A stretch of 64,000 bases of DNA from Macrostomum lignano (lineage: Eukaryota): NCBI GenBank assembly GCA_002269645.1, contig NIVC01001399.1, positions 186,001-250,000 on the forward strand, in the 5' to 3' direction. The position numbers and the translations under genes were made by a program. Each line of letters begins with the position of its first letter. Within the stretch, counting starts at the first letter, position 1. The notes under the pieces are model-generated. The model had not been told where the DNA came from. It saw only the letters and a list, made by a program, of their open reading frames with translations, and searched no databases. Below, one piece after another: positions 1 through 13,873 of the stretch.

Positions 1-779
1 TTCGGCTTGGCTTGCCACTTAAGTACGAGCTGCGTATGCGTTTCACGTTGCACTTCGAGTGAGCAACCCCCCTTGCACATGTAAGCTAAGCTACAATGTA
101 GATCTCTACCGGCAACTCCACCTGACTACCTAAGAGGTACAATCAAACCTAAGCTAATGCAGCAGTGACTGTACTTGTTGGTAGCCATACAGCTAGTACA
201 TAGAAAGATTTTTGCAAAAAGGAAAGCATTAAGTATAATTAACGACTCACTTTTTTCGCACGGTCGGGTTTCGCTCCCACGGCACTCAGTGTAAAAATGA
301 CTTCTATATTTTATAAACTGTTGTACAGTACGAGAATGTAAAAATGAAATCATATTTTTCGGCATTCAGAGCAGATTTATAAGAGCAAAATTGAAAGGAG
401 AGAGAGAGAGAGAGAGACAGAGCTAAGAGCGGGGACACGACCTCTATACCTACGCCTGTATTTCATTCTTCACGCAGTTTTACTGCAGAGTGCCATTGCC
501 ACACTGAACCCGCACGTACACAAAGCCATACAATCTGTAAGTCTTATTGAATGTAAAACCGGATTTATCCGAACAACACTGACTATTTGCTGTGCTAAGG
601 ACCGGCACAGGTAGAAAGTGGTGCGCAGACAGAGCCTACTGAACAGAGAAGCAGTCTACTATCTTCCAATCTTTCAAATGGCTTCTCGTTAGGTATACAA
701 CAAATGCATACTCACGGAAATCTCTTACATTTACCAATTTGCAATTTTCACATGCGGCTAAATAATCAGAATTCAGCGA

Positions 780-1482
780 CTGATGATCTGGGAGGCTTGC
801 CCAGCAACTGAAGATTTAAGAGGCTGACCCTGCAACTGAGAATCTGGGATTCTGGTGGCCCAGCAACTGGGGATCTTGAAGGCTGGTTCAGGAACTGAGG
901 ACCTGGGAAGCTGGTCCTGCAACTGACACTCTGGAAGGCTGGTTCAGGAACTGAGGACCTGGGAAGCTGGTCCTGCAACTGACACTCTGGAAGGCTGGTT
1001 CAGCAACTGAGGATCGAGAGGCTGGCACAGCAACTGACACTCTGGGAGCTAGGTTGCCTTAGCAACTGAGGATCTGGGAGGTTGCCCCAGCAACTGAGGA
1101 TCTGGGAGCTAGGTTGCCTTAGCAACTGAGGATCTAGGAGGCTGGCCCAGCAACTGAGGATCTGGGAGCTAGGTTGCCTTAGCAACTGAGGATCTGGGAG
1201 CTAGGTTGCCTTAGCAACTGAGGATCTGGGAGGCTGGCCCAGCAACTGAGGATCTGGGAGGCTGGCCCAGCAACTGAGGATCTGGGAGGCTGGCCCAGCA
1301 ACTGAAGATTTAGGAGGCTGGCTCAGCAACAGAGGATTTAGGAGACTGGCTCAGCAACTGAGGATTTAGGAGGCTGGCCCAGCAACTGATGATTTAGGAG
1401 GCTGGCCCAGCAACTGAAGATTTAGGAGGCTGGCCCAGCAACTGAGGATCTGGGAGGCTGTCTCAGTAACTGAGGCTCTGGA
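780..1482. repeat. ~28-bp minisatellite (CTGAGGATCTGGGAGGCTGGCCCAGCAA-like), roughly 20+ degenerate copies
   Basis: Tandem recurrence of GCAACTGAGGATCTGGGAG visible directly; explains ORFs 766..978 and 1000..1185. Confidence 0.9.
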
Positions 1483-1974
1483 AAGTAGACAAACTTACAT
1501 AAAATATAATCTATTGTTTAGTACAATGAATCAACAAAGAGTGCTAACAGGTCTAAAATATGTAACTCCGAGTCGTAGCTTAAATGTGTGGCAAATATCT
1601 ACAGTCAACTAAAGCCCTGGGTTTAACAAGGGTTTGACAAGTAATAAATATTTAGAAAAGTACAAATAACGTGAATCGAGAAGACAGTAAGCAAATCAAC
1701 TTTTTTACACTACTTTGGCATATAGCACAAATATAGAAACACACAAGCATAACTGCCAGTTATTTTGGCGTAGTTTATTTGTTGACATAACTCATATGAA
1801 TTATAAAAGCTACTAAAAACTCGTGACATTATTACTTACAATAGTAGCGAGAGCGAAATTGCCTTAAAACAGTTATATATCGTCAATTAGCAACAACTAT
1901 TAAAATGCTGGAAAACCACCGAGACATCAGACCAGAGCAAAGAGATAGGGAAAACGTAGCTGTGAAAGTTGAAG

Positions 1975-2272
1975 GGAGAGATAAAGGGAGAGCTAAAAAG
2001 AAAAAGTTGAAGGAAGAGATAAAGGGAAAGTTGAAGGGAGAGATGAAGGAAGAGATAAAGGGAAAGTTGAAGCGAGAGATGAAGGAAGAGATGAAGGGAG
2101 ATGAATGGATAGATGAAGGGAGAGATAAAGGGGAAGAAATGGATAGTTAAAGGGAGAGATGAAAGGAGACATGAACGAATAAAAGAATAGAGACAAAGGA
2201 AGAGTCGAAGGGAAAGACGAAGGGAGAGACAAAGGGAGATACTTAGGGAAGAGACAGACGGAAAGGAAACAA
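1975..2272. repeat. purine-rich low-complexity repeat (GAAGGGAGAGATGAAG-like) downstream of PPIL1
   Basis: Almost pure A/G tract with short repeated units. Confidence 0.8.
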
Positions 2273-2348
2273 AATAATATTGACATATAGCTGCACAGCA
2301 CAAGCTAGCAAACTTTTATAAAATGATGGTTAAATAAAACAAAGCCAA

Positions 2349-4995
2349 TCAAGCCGCAGAATAATACGCTTTGATAATTTTAACCTCTTCAACTGGTCGA
2401 TCATTAGAGTCCGTAGCAACCAGACCGAGCTTCTGCACAGTTCTCATTCCGCTATAGACCCTTCCAAATATAGTATGCTTATTGTCTAGCCACTCAGTCG
2501 GGGCCAGTGTGATAAAAAACTGCGACCCGTTCGTATTTGGTCCAGAATTGGCCATGCTGACTATACCAGCGCCTGAGTGCTTTAAGTCTGAATGGATCTC
2601 ATCGTCGAAATGCTTGCCATAGATGGACGAACCGCCCCGACCAGTGCCCGTGGGGTCGCCGCCTTGCACCATGAAATCGCGTACGATCCGATGAAACTTC
2701 ACGTCGTTATAGTAGCCGCGTTTCACCAGCTCAGCAAAGTTCTTGCAAGTTTTTGGCGCATGACGCCAATACAGTTCGATTTCGAATGAGCCCAAGCTGA
2801 GAAAGGAGAGTCAGGCAAGGAGAGCGCCAGTTGTTGGTGGGCCTTTGATATCAAAGTAAAGTTGCCAAGAATTTGCTTTTCATGAGAACATTTTGTATTT
2901 GCAACAAAAAGATCCTAGCAACCAATGTTGATAATAGCTAAGCAGAATTATAGAGAAATGGTTTTCTATCTGGCAGTAGCAGCAATCATATCAGATATCA
3001 AACTGCAATATGATGCTCTACAAAAGTGCACCTTCAACTTGATGACTTCAGCTTGACCTTCAACTTGTTGATACCAAATTCTTTTATATGAAAAGCTTGT
3101 CTCTATATAAAAGAGCAATGGAATAAAGTGCAGGAAGCTGTGCTGAATAACTACCAACTTACAGACCCACCTTCAATGGTAAAGCACAATACCTACTATG
3201 GCATCAACAATGGGCAGCAGTATCAATGTGAGACCATTTTATGTCAGCAATTGAAGCATTAAATACTTGTAGCATACATAAATTACTAAACATTAAGTGA
3301 CTACTCATGATCTTTGTTACTTTTCCAGTTTTGACACATGAGTCAAAGTTTTTTCCAAGCTAAAAAGAACTTTAACTGCTGAGTGCAACACAATAGGTGA
3401 CAATTGTCTACAATCTATTCTGCTACTCCAATTCTACTATAACACTTTTCTAACTCATGAAGAAGTTCTTAAAAAGTTTAAAATGAAGCATAGATGCATA
3501 GAAATTTTACTTTGAAGTGTTAGTGCTAGTGTTTTTCAATTTTTTGAACTAATTTGGAATTGCAATCTTATGAGCTGTCATACATCATATTATATTGTTT
3601 AAACATGCTTAAAAAAAGAAAATAAATTATTTGTGACAAAAACAAAACAAGCTTACTAGTTACTTTTACAGATACTCATTATACACTTGATTTATTTTCA
3701 AGAAAGAAAATAGTGATTGTATATTGTAAAACAAAATTCTTTGTCACTTTGCAAGGCTTTTTAATCCTTGCATTCAAGTTTAGAAAATTATAAGTTTTTA
3801 TACAAGTGTCTATAAAAGTTTTAGCAAATGCTTTGTACTTTTATTATTATGCTAGAACTTTCTATGTTCAAATTATAATGAAGTTTTCTCATTTAAAAAC
3901 TATTTTCCTATGCTTTGAATATTATTTTGACAAGTGAAAAAATTCATTTGACATTTGTAATTTCCATGTTCATTTCATTGTCTATCTTTGCATGTAAGTT
4001 CAGCTAGGCCTATTATTGTACTTGACTTTTGCAAGCATTAAGAATTGGTGATTCTAATTAGGCTTAATGTCTTGGATGCCAATTTTGGTTGGTCTTACAT
4101 GATCATACATGAAATCCACCAACAAATTAAGTATAGGCCTAATAGTTATTTTTTAGTGAATGAATGCCAATTAAAATATAAAAATGCTCATTTTTTATAC
4201 TTATTCATGATTTGTATTTTAAGCACACAATATTGGCAAATGGTATCTCTACAAAACATTCAATATTAGGCCTAGTGGCAGTGCCCCAAAATTGCCACCC
4301 CCACCGAATACAAAATCCAACATACACAATTGCCTAAATTGCTACTATTACCAAAATAGATATTCTTAAATAACTTAAATTAAATAAAGATACTCATTAA
4401 ACAAACTAATGCCTTCAAGAAACTAGTTTTTATCTAAATCTAAGTCTTCTAAAATTCACTTGAAAAGTAAAAACATAAAATAATATATATTTTTGCATAT
4501 TGTTTTGTCAGCCTTAGGCCTAGCCAGTTTTGAACATGCCATTTTTATGCTAGAATGAGCAAAATATAAGGTGATTGTAAACTGAAACAAGCAAAATTTG
4601 AAGTCTAGGTTCAATTTTTGTGCACAGAATATACATATATACCCTTGGCTTAATTTTAAAATTGCACCCTAAAATTAAAAATAAAATTGACAAGTGGGTA
4701 TGGTTTAATGTGATCCCATAACTTATTTTTCTGTTGAAGCCATATTTGCACTGCCTATAACTAAGAAAAAATAGAAATTGCACTCTGAGCCTTTAAATTG
4801 CACTTTGAAATAGCACAGGATGCAATTTTGTACCTTGTCTCTGGCAAAATGTTTCAATGTTTTAAAATTAAAACATAATTAACTATAAATATAGTAATAT
4901 AGAGAATAAAACATTAATTTAAACCAAGTTGGAATTCATTTAACTTACTTGGTTTCAATTTTGATGACTGGGGGTTCATGAGAGGCCATTGGCAT
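2349..4995 (-). CDS. PPIL1: Peptidyl-prolyl cis-trans isomerase-like 1 (spliceosomal cyclophilin), 2 coding exons, 164 aa
   Basis: Exons complement(4949..4995, 2349..2796). Exon 1 reads MPMASHEPPVIKIET with donor AA|GTAAGT; acceptor CTGAC...CTTTCTCAG|C. Total 495 nt, in frame. Protein has ELYWRHAPKTCKNFAEL, FHRIVRDFMVQGGDPTGTGRGG, MANSGPNTNGSQFFITL and WLDNKHTIFGRV, matching PPIL1. Confidence 0.95.
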
Positions 4996-5524
4996 TGATT
5001 TAGTTTAATGGGCAATGGCCAAAATTAGATTAGCCTTATTGACAGAGAGTAGTATCAAGTTAGCTTTTAGAACTAGGGCCTAATTACTTGAATACACAGT
5101 ATAATATAAGCTGAACTAGGACCTACCCAGCAGTAAAGAAGTCACAGTATAAAATTTAAATAAAATGAAAATTGCCTAAAGTATTAAGTCTATTCGACCT
5201 TTGAAAGCAAAATATGCCCTACTCTGTTACTGTCAGCAGTCTCCAGTTGCAGTTTGACTTTTACTTTCTGGTTTTAATAGCCTACCCCTTTGGCCTTTTG
5301 ACGTTTTGTTTTAGTCTACGCTCCAAATCTACTTTTTTAGTTTTATGGAAATATGGAGTGTAGTTGTGATTGTGAACTGGTACGTAGTCTTACAGACGTA
5401 GCTCTTAAGATAAGTTTATATCTAGGACTAGGTGTAGTTCAACTAAGAATTAAATTTTATTTAATCAAAGACAATGGAGTTTAATCCTTTTTACTGAAGC
5501 AACCCAGGCGTGCACATCTGTGCG

Positions 5525-5532
5525 TGACGTCA
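5525..5532. promoter_or_regulatory. CRE palindrome TGACGTCA in the probable divergent PPIL1/JTB promoter region
   Basis: Exact motif about 530 bp upstream of the PPIL1 ATG, next to a CpG-richer patch (5750-5820). Function is inferred. Confidence 0.35.
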
Positions 5533-6954
5533 TAGGCCTATCAGCCAAACAGTATTTTTTCGGAGAAAATTTTAAAACATCAATTTAATTTTTTATATTT
5601 TTCCAAAAAAACGCAAAACTTATAAAAACTAAAAATATTCATTTGATTTTGTGTAGTTCTTGTTTTTAAATACCGAATTTTTTGTTACACTTGTTTTACT
5701 TCGTGCAGTTAAAGTCCGTTAAAAAAACGTGTTTTAAGTTCTTAGCCAAGCGCGGTGCGCGGCGCTGAAGAGGGAGAGATAGAGAGACTAGGCTAGCTGC
5801 GCTGACGCTGACGCTGACTAAGGTGTTGGAGAATGTAGAAAAAGGCTACAACTGTTGCCCTCCACTGAACTGCGGAATATGGTTTTCTCATCATAGGCTA
5901 ATATCGATCTCACCTAACGTGACAACGTCCTAGACTTAAGTACTAACTTTCATGTAATTTTTTTTCAAAAGATTAGGCGTAGGCCTAGGGCCGCTGGCCA
6001 TTATAAATATAGGGCCTAGTCAAATGACTCAAATATTACTAGGGGCTCAATGCCTAATGCCATGATATTATTTGGCCTAGGCCTAATAGTAATTACAATG
6101 TCATTATTTATTTGGCAGTTGTTATTGTTATGGTGACCAGGCATAGCATAGGCTAGGCCTATTAATAACAAAATGGTTGTTTTTATGGTTAATGCATAAG
6201 ACACTATGTGGGCCTATGGTCTTTACTTAATAAAACCATATAAATAGCAAAACTGTTATTTTTATGGTCACTGTAAGTAGGAAACAAAATGGCTATTGGA
6301 GTAGGCCTATTGCCTATTTTTATAGTCAAACTTCAGTCTGATTTTTCAGTCTAAAATTCAAATTTCAAAAATTTCACTTAAATTACAATGTAGGCCCCTA
6401 TTCTATTAGTTAACAATTACCTAGGCCTAAAGTAAGCTACCATGACAAAAACTGCTAGAAGTTACTCTATTATATAAATTTTATTAATAAAACATTTCAG
6501 ATTTCTTTATTTTTTAAATTTAACTATAGGCCTAATAATATTTGCCCAGCAAGTTTGTCATTTCATATAGATGGTATTTGTTTTAAGTGTTAACTGTAAA
6601 AATAACTATCTTGCTATTTATATGGTCATTAGGGGGGCTATAACAATAACAACTGCCTATTTATTTAGCCATTTTTAACATTTTTGGCTTTTTGCAATTT
6701 TGCATTGTACACTAGGCCCTAAATGCTTTTTAGTACAAGGTGTTCAAAAAAGATCTAGGACTATGCCTAGGCAGCAGGCCTACACTACACAGTACAGCTT
6801 CTGGGTGCACTAGGCCTTTTAAATTTGCAGTTTCTTGTAAGCTATAGTATCCATACTTAGGCCTATAAACATAGCCGTTGTGCCTATAAATAGGCTCCAA
6901 TTTAAAAAAGGGTAGATAGAAGAATATTAATAAAAACACTAGAAATAGAAGGCT

Positions 6955-7295
6955 TTAAACAAGCAAAACTGATGAAAATGTTGAGAAAGTGACTATGTTG
7001 CTTTGAAGCAACCAATGGCTGACAATATGCTTGATTGCAAATGAGCTAGGCATAGACTATAACAATGTTTATAAAATCTTGGCTGAAGATCTAGGGATAT
7101 GCAAGATCAGTGCTAAGATTGTTCCAAAGTTGCTAAGCAAAGACTAAGTTATATTTTCAAGTATAACCCAAAAAACATATATCAGAGTTTTGAATAAAGG
7201 TGGCCAAGATCACCAAGACTAATGAAGATATGCTAGTCAAGGTCAACAGTGAAACTTATGCTTATTGTCTTCTTTGATATCAGGGATATAGTAGT
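6955..7295 (+). mobile_element. degenerate mariner transposase relic
   Basis: Hand translation gives TSKTDENVEKVTMLL*...IANELGIDYNNVYKILAEDLGICKISAKIVPKLLSKD* and RSPRLMKIC*SRSTVKLMLIVFFDIRDIV, matching the mariner HTH, WVPxxL-like and KxMLIVFFD motifs. Contains stops and an internal deletion. Confidence 0.8.
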
Positions 7296-9735
7296 AGTAG
7301 TAGTAGTAAATTTGGCTCAGGCTTAAGGAGCCTGTTATGCCAGTATGATCCGATTTATTTATTCAAAAGGTTGAATTTTACACGGTCACTGAAAACGAGT
7401 ACTATACGATATTTGTATTAAGTAAGGTATTTGAAAGGGCATCAATAATTTTTTACGGTTTTTTTAGCCGATTAACGACTAACGACGGAAGCAGCAAGAA
7501 TCTAAGCAGGGAAAAATAGAAAATTGATGTTGTATATATGTGACCTTAATGCAAAACAATTCTTCTAAAATGCGATTCAGAAAAGGTAGTTAAATATTAT
7601 TTTGTCAATATAACAAATATCTAGTATAATTGAGGATTGTTCTCAATAATAGGCGATTTTTGTAAAAAGATATAGTATTTTTGAAAGTATTTGAGAAAGA
7701 TATTGTCTACATCATACTCAAGAAGATATACATTATGGCAGGAAATTCTAGTGCATATCAACAAAAATGTGCACAAAGTGGCAGATATGTTGCATAACAA
7801 AAAAACTAAAAAAACAGTGGCACAAAACAGTATTAGTGTTCTAGTAAACAGTGGCGCATAGTAAAAGCTGATCAAAAAGATTTAGCTCATAACACGTCAC
7901 CTTCAATTTATAGTCCATCTATGCCCTGTACAAAATATGATTTTAGGTACATTTTCAAGGCATAATTGAATAATATATGTCAATCAGATCATTGATTCTT
8001 GGTAAATTAAACAAATGATCATAAATGATCATAATGTAAATTAAAAAAAAGAAATTACCATAAAGTTTAAGCCAACATTTCTTTTATTATTTTCAATGTG
8101 AGCTAAAATACATCATAGAGTTTTAAATTTGAAAAGGCCTAAAAAGCAAAAAAATCCAAAAAATTTAACTACTAGCTGGCAGTCAAAAAGTCAGGTTTCT
8201 TGTTGGTTTGTTTGTTTTATAAGTATAAGTGCATCAGCCCCTAGCCAGGGCTCTTATGCTAATATTTATATTTTATCGTTTGAAATGTTACAGGGGGTTT
8301 GCTTCCCTCTTTAGTTATCCCACTGCTGGTACCAAAGTTGTTACAGTGGTGATTCTTATACACTGAGAATCCCACCGCTGAGACACTAAGTTGTTACAAG
8401 CCTTTTGGCTCTCTATAAGAATCCACCAAAAGCTGTCCCAGGGCTCTTATTTATTCCTTTGTCTAGCCTTACTTGCTGCCACCAAGCTGTTGCAGGGGTT
8501 ATCCCTTCTTGTTAGTATTGCTGGTTCTTACTTACCCTTTACTTGTAGCGCATGTGCTTCTATTGGTAGCGTCTGTACTTCTATTGTACTTTCTGGCCTG
8601 AGCGGTCTAATAGCACTGTCTATTCTATTCCTATGCTTCCCCTAATATTATTCTCTCAGTCCTGGGCGTTCCCTGGATCAGAGGGTCACAGCTTATGCTC
8701 CTTTTCTGCCCTGAGGCAATCTTCTCTCGCTATGAAGCGGTTCTTCTGCCCTGAGGCGAATTTACTATTACTGCCCTGAGGCGGTTTCTCGCTTGTAGCT
8801 GATCTTAATACTACTCCCGATTTGGGGTTTATACTCTAAGAAATGAACAAGTCAATTTTCAAGTGATTGCTTCTAAGATTTAGCTCGCTCAATATTAATC
8901 GACGAGTCGAGGCAAGTTGCTCTCTTGGCCCGCTCGGAGCTTCTATTTATACCATTTTGCCCATGTATTTAAAACAAAATTGGTTTCATACAATATTAAT
9001 TGCATTCACAACATTAAAACAAAAATATTAGCATTTTTGCGAGAATTCAAATAATGGTCTTTCTAAGAAATAAATGTAACATGAATAGGTTTTTAAAGCA
9101 TTCATACTGTATTACAAGAAGCCCTTTCTCAGAAATTAGTTGAAGAGGTTTCTTCTCTGCAAGCACTGCTTTTTATTTATAAAGAAGCTCCTAATCTCAA
9201 TGTCTTGCTCCCTAACATTTTCCAAGCTTGAACTACTATTAGTAGGGTAAAAGCATATCTGCCTTATTATAAGTACAATAAATAAACAATTTGTAATTGG
9301 TAAATAAATATATCAAAAAAAGATTTTTATATTAAAAACTCATACATTGTTTTAGAATTTAAGGGAATAATGTTGTTTATTTAAAAGATTGACTTGAAAT
9401 GGCAGAAAGAATGTTTAATCAAATCCAGCTATTGTAGATTAATAAAAACCCTACTGAGGTAAGAGTGAGGTTACTTTCAATCAGTTGATTGACATTGCAG
9501 ATTGCACAAGATTTTAGATTTGAACTGCATTGATTTAATTCTAGTCAATTAATTCTATTTCAGCAAAAACTGCAAAAGCATCAAGACATACAGCATGATT
9601 GAATATTGCAGCAAAAAAATTATGATGACTACCATTGGTGGTTTAATTTTGTAAGCTTTTCTATTGCCAGATTAAAATATTTTGTTCTTTAATTGTAGAA
9701 ATAATACAATACATTCATTCTCTCACTTTTCCTAG

Positions 9736-11733
9736 CATATGCATCTTGGCTTTGTATCTGGAGGATGCACTAATTGAGCATCCAGAAGCTGTCAAGGCGG
9801 ATGCTGTTCCATTGGCACCAGATTCCGCTGGCACTGCGTCTACAGCTTCTTCGCCTGCTAAGCCAGGCTCCCAGCTGATTCTGCCTAATCCTCAGCAGGT
9901 TTGTCCGCTCTGCGCACCTTTGTTTTTCGCACCTGAATGCCCCTTGACTAGCTCTCTGCTTCATCTGCCCTCTGCCTCCCCTCTGCCTGTCTTCCCCTCT
10001 GCCTCCCCTCTGCCTGTCTTCCCCTCTGGCCTCTGCCTCCCCTCTGCCTGTCTTCCCATCTGCCCTCTGCCTCCCCTCTGCCTGTCTTCCCCTCTGCCTC
10101 CCCTCTGCCTGTCTTCCCCTCTGCCCTCTGCCTCCCCTCTGGCCTCTGCCTCCCCTCTGCCTGTCTTCCCCTCTGCCCTCTGCCTCCCCTCTGCCTCCCC
10201 TCTGCCTCCCCTCTGCCCTCTGCCTCCCCTCTGCCTCCCCTCTGCCCTCTGCCTCCCCTCTGCCTCCCCTCTGCCCTCTGCCTCCCCTCTGCCTCCCCTC
10301 TGCCCTCTGCCTCCCCTCTGCCTCCCCTCTGCCCTCTGCCTCCCCTCTGCCTCCCCTCTGCCCTCTGCCTGCCCTCTGCCTCCCCTCTGCCTCCCCTCTG
10401 CCCTCTGCCTCCCCTCTGCCTCCCCTCTGCCCTCTGCCTGCCCTCTGCCTCCCCTCTGCCTCCCCTCTGCCCTCTGCCTCCCCTCTGCCTCCCCTCTGCC
10501 CTCTGCCTCCCCTCTGCCTCCCCTCTGCCCTCTGCCTCCCCTCTGCCTCCCCTCTGCCCTCTGCCTCCCCTCTGCCTCCCCTCTGCCCTCTGCCTGCCCT
10601 CTGCCTCCCCTCTGCCTCCCCTCTGCCTGTCTTCCCCTCTGGCCTCTGCCTCCCCTCTGCCTGTCTTCCCCTCTGCCCTCTGCCTCCCCTCTGCCTCCCC
10701 TCTGCCCTCTGCCTCCCCTCTGCCCTCTGCCTCCCCTCTGCCTCCCCTCTGCCTGTCTTCCCCTCTGCCCTCTGCCTCCCCTCTGCCTGTCTTCCCCTCT
10801 GCCCTCTGCCTCCCCTCTGCCTGTCTTCCCCTCTGCCCTCTGCCTCCCCTCTGCCTGTCTTTCCCTCTGCCCTCTGCCTCCCCTCTGCCTGTCTTCCCCT
10901 CTGCCCTCTGCCTCCCCTCTGCCCTCTGCCTCCCCTCTGCCCTCTGCCTGCCCTCTGCCTCCCCTCTGCCTGTCTTCCCCTCTGCCTGCCCTCTGCCTCC
11001 CCTTCCCTCTGCTCTCTGCCTGCCCCCTCTGCCTTCCCTTCTGCCCTCTGCCTGCCCTCTGCCTTCCCCTCTGCCCTCTGCCTGCCCCCTATGCCTTCCC
11101 CTCTGCCCTCTGCCTGCCCCCTATGCCTTCCCCTCTGCCCTCTAACTGCCCTCTTCCTGCCCCTCTGCCTTGCCCTCTACCTGCCCTCCCCCTGCTTCCC
11201 CTCTCCCCTCTCTACCTCTTCCCCCTCTCCTTCTCCCTCTCCCTCTGTCTCTAGCCCTCCCTTTACCTCTCCTGACTCTCCCTCTGCCCCCATCCTTAAC
11301 AGCATTCCCTCTCCTATCTGCCTTCCATATCCTACTGGCCTTACACTTGCCTACCGCTCCCCCCCTGCACCCCCAGGTGCTTCTACCTGGCAATCGCAGC
11401 TGCCTAGCCGTGGGGCCGTGTATTCGTTGCAGCCAATTCGAATCCAGCCTATCAAACGCCAAATTATCATCCTATTGCGTATCTGGCTACAAGCGCCGTG
11501 TCGCGTGCCCCGGCGACAGCGAACAGAAATCTACGCCATCTAGATTCGCCGCCTGTCCATCCAATTTGATACCGACAAAGTCGCAGGCACTGGAGCGCGG
11601 CAAATTCTTTCTATTTCACGCACTGTGCTTTCTAGCGTTGCTTTTATCTGGCGCACTTGTGCAGAGAAGGCAGCGACAGTTAAATCGTAGCTTTGCTGAT
11701 CGGATTAACAAACAGGTGGCTTCTGGTGTTTGA
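9736..11733 (+). CDS. JTB: Jumping translocation breakpoint protein homolog (partial; first exon or exons not identified)
   Basis: Exons 9736..9898 (tag|C...CAG|gt) and 11377..11733 (ccccag|GTG...TGA). Protein has a Cys-rich domain (C..C..C..C.SGY...V.C...C), a TM segment and RRQRQLNRSFADRINKQV, like JTB IRQRQLDRKALEKVRKQI. A possible further exon is 9388..9458 (open frame, AG|gtaaga). Confidence 0.85.
9958..11300. repeat. pyrimidine-rich (CTCTGCC/CTCTGCCTCCC)n minisatellite filling a JTB intron
   Basis: Direct inspection; lies between the donor at 9899 and the acceptor at 11376. Confidence 0.95.
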
Positions 11734-11934
11734 ATTTGAAATGCTGTAATTATTGATTTTTTCTTTAACCGACCGATCGCCTTTCTACTAGTCTTGACAG
11801 AACCTGAAAATAGTTATTTTTTCTGTTTATTATCTACCAGTAATGTAGCTTTGGATTTCTTCAAAATTAGTGTTGAAAATCCTATTACTAATTTGGCCTT
11901 CAGCTGACTTGAATTAAGGTCCATAGCAGTCTTG

Positions 11935-12530
11935 AGAATTAGTCCTAAACTGACCTAAAATATCGCATCTTGCAGCTTTAGGACACTGGTCCTAAACTGA
12001 CCCAAATTATCACCCCTGGTAGTCTTAAAACTGGTCCTAAACTAACCTAAGATATCGCATCTGGCAGTTTTAGGAAACTGGTCCTAAACTGACCCAAATT
12101 ATCGCCCCTGGTAGGCTTGAAACTGGTCCTAAACTGACCTAAGATATGGCCCCTGGCACTCTTAGGGAACTGGTTCTAAGCTCTGGTCCTAAGCTAACTA
12201 AAAATATGACCCTGACACTATTATGGAACTGGTCCTAAACTTACCTAAAATATCGCATCTGGCAGTTTTAGGAAACTGGTCCTAAACTTACCTAAAATAT
12301 CACATCTGGCAGTTTTAGGAAACTGGTCCTAAACTTACCTAAAATATCGCCCTGGTAGTCTTGAAACTGGTCCTAAACTGACCTAAAATATGATCCCTGG
12401 CACTCTTAGGGAGCTGGTCCTAAACTAACTGAAAATATGGCCCTGACACTAGTATGGAACTGGTCCTAAACTGACCTAAAATATGGCTGCTGGCAGTCTT
12501 GGAACTGATCCTAAACTTACCTAAATTATC
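11935..12530. repeat. ~46-47-bp minisatellite (GGTCCTAAACTGACCTAAAATATCGCATCTGGCAGTTTTAGGAAACT-like), about 12 copies
   Basis: CTGGTCCTAAACT recurs at regular spacing. Confidence 0.9.
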
Positions 12531-13873
12531 GCTCTTGGTACGTCCTGCAAAGTTGTTTTGTATACTGACATAAACTAATAAAAGCGTGTTCCATAATGAT
12601 ATAAATATTCTCAATAAATGTACTCGTACGTACTGGTCACTGAATACAGTTTTAAATGTTTTTAGTAATTTACGAGTATTGACACCACTTCATGATATTA
12701 AATGCCTAATATTGCGTCAACACAAACTCTCCTGATTATGATTATTTAGATAGATACAATGTTATTAAGCTGTTACGTCTTAGTTTATTGTTTCATAAAC
12801 TTCTGTGACTCCTGTATTGCATTTTTAACAACGAGATTTGCGTGAATGCGTTTGATTGAAATTTCATTCCATTTTCTCTTTTTGTGCATGCTGTAAATGA
12901 ATGTTTGTTTATTCAGTTATTGCTATTAGTAAAAAGTAGTGTATTTTCAGAGAAATATTTATAACAGCAGTCAGTCTCTGATTTTATCAGCATTATTTAT
13001 TTCGACTAATTAATTGCTTACTAAGAATATTCTTTATTGGTTAATTAATATAGTTATATTAAAGTGGTGAACTTGTACTATAGGACACAAAATACATTAT
13101 TTACTTGAAGAAGGTTGTTTTGATTAATATTTATTCACTAATATAAAAAACTATCGATTAACTAAGCTTGAACAATATAGTCTGGCGTTTGTTAATTTCG
13201 GTTTGAATAGTTTTTAATTTTGGAAGTGATTTTCAAAAAAACGAAGAAATTTTTGGAAATAAGGCGCATCGTTCATTACGTGTACTCCTACGAGTATCTG
13301 TGCTCTAACTTGGCTGGATCATCTTCCTTAAGTCTAATGATGAAGTCTATAGCGGTGGTTATTTTTTGGCTTGTACAAATTAATGTAGTTTGTGTATGGA
13401 TTAATTTGTACGCTGAGTTAGATCGTTCGCGCTATTCTGCAGATAGGGCGGGTTATGTGCATGTCGGGAAGGAAGGGACGGGAGTTAGTATGTACATTAG
13501 CCTGAAAAAAAATAAAGGCTACAGGGTGAGGGGGGTGGGTAAGATAAGAGAGGCGAAGGCTGGGTTGGCATGGGTGGAAGGACGGGGTTTTACAACCACC
13601 TACCTCTCCTCCCCAGTTCTCTCCCTTCTATTCAGTTTACAATCTGCCGCCCGCTCGCCCGCCCCACCCTTTCCTTTCCTTTTTTACAACTCACTCGCCC
13701 ACCCACTGTTCCGACGGTGTGTGTTTAGCGTGCCATTTTTGTTTTGGCCCAAACAACCCTTTAAGAGACGACAGAAAGCGTGAATTAAGTGGAACCAAAG
13801 TTTGATTAAACACGTCACTGCTAAATACTCCAATACAATAGTCTTCTGCAGTGTGGTCTAGCCAGAGAGATCC

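Noticed and set aside
1887-2303. Overlapping Leu/Ser- or Lys/Glu-rich ORFs
   Set aside because: Products of a purine-rich low-complexity repeat.
9746-11254. 502-aa Pro/Leu/Cys-rich ORF
   Set aside because: Only the first ~51 codons belong to a JTB exon; the rest is read-through of an intronic CTCTGCC minisatellite.
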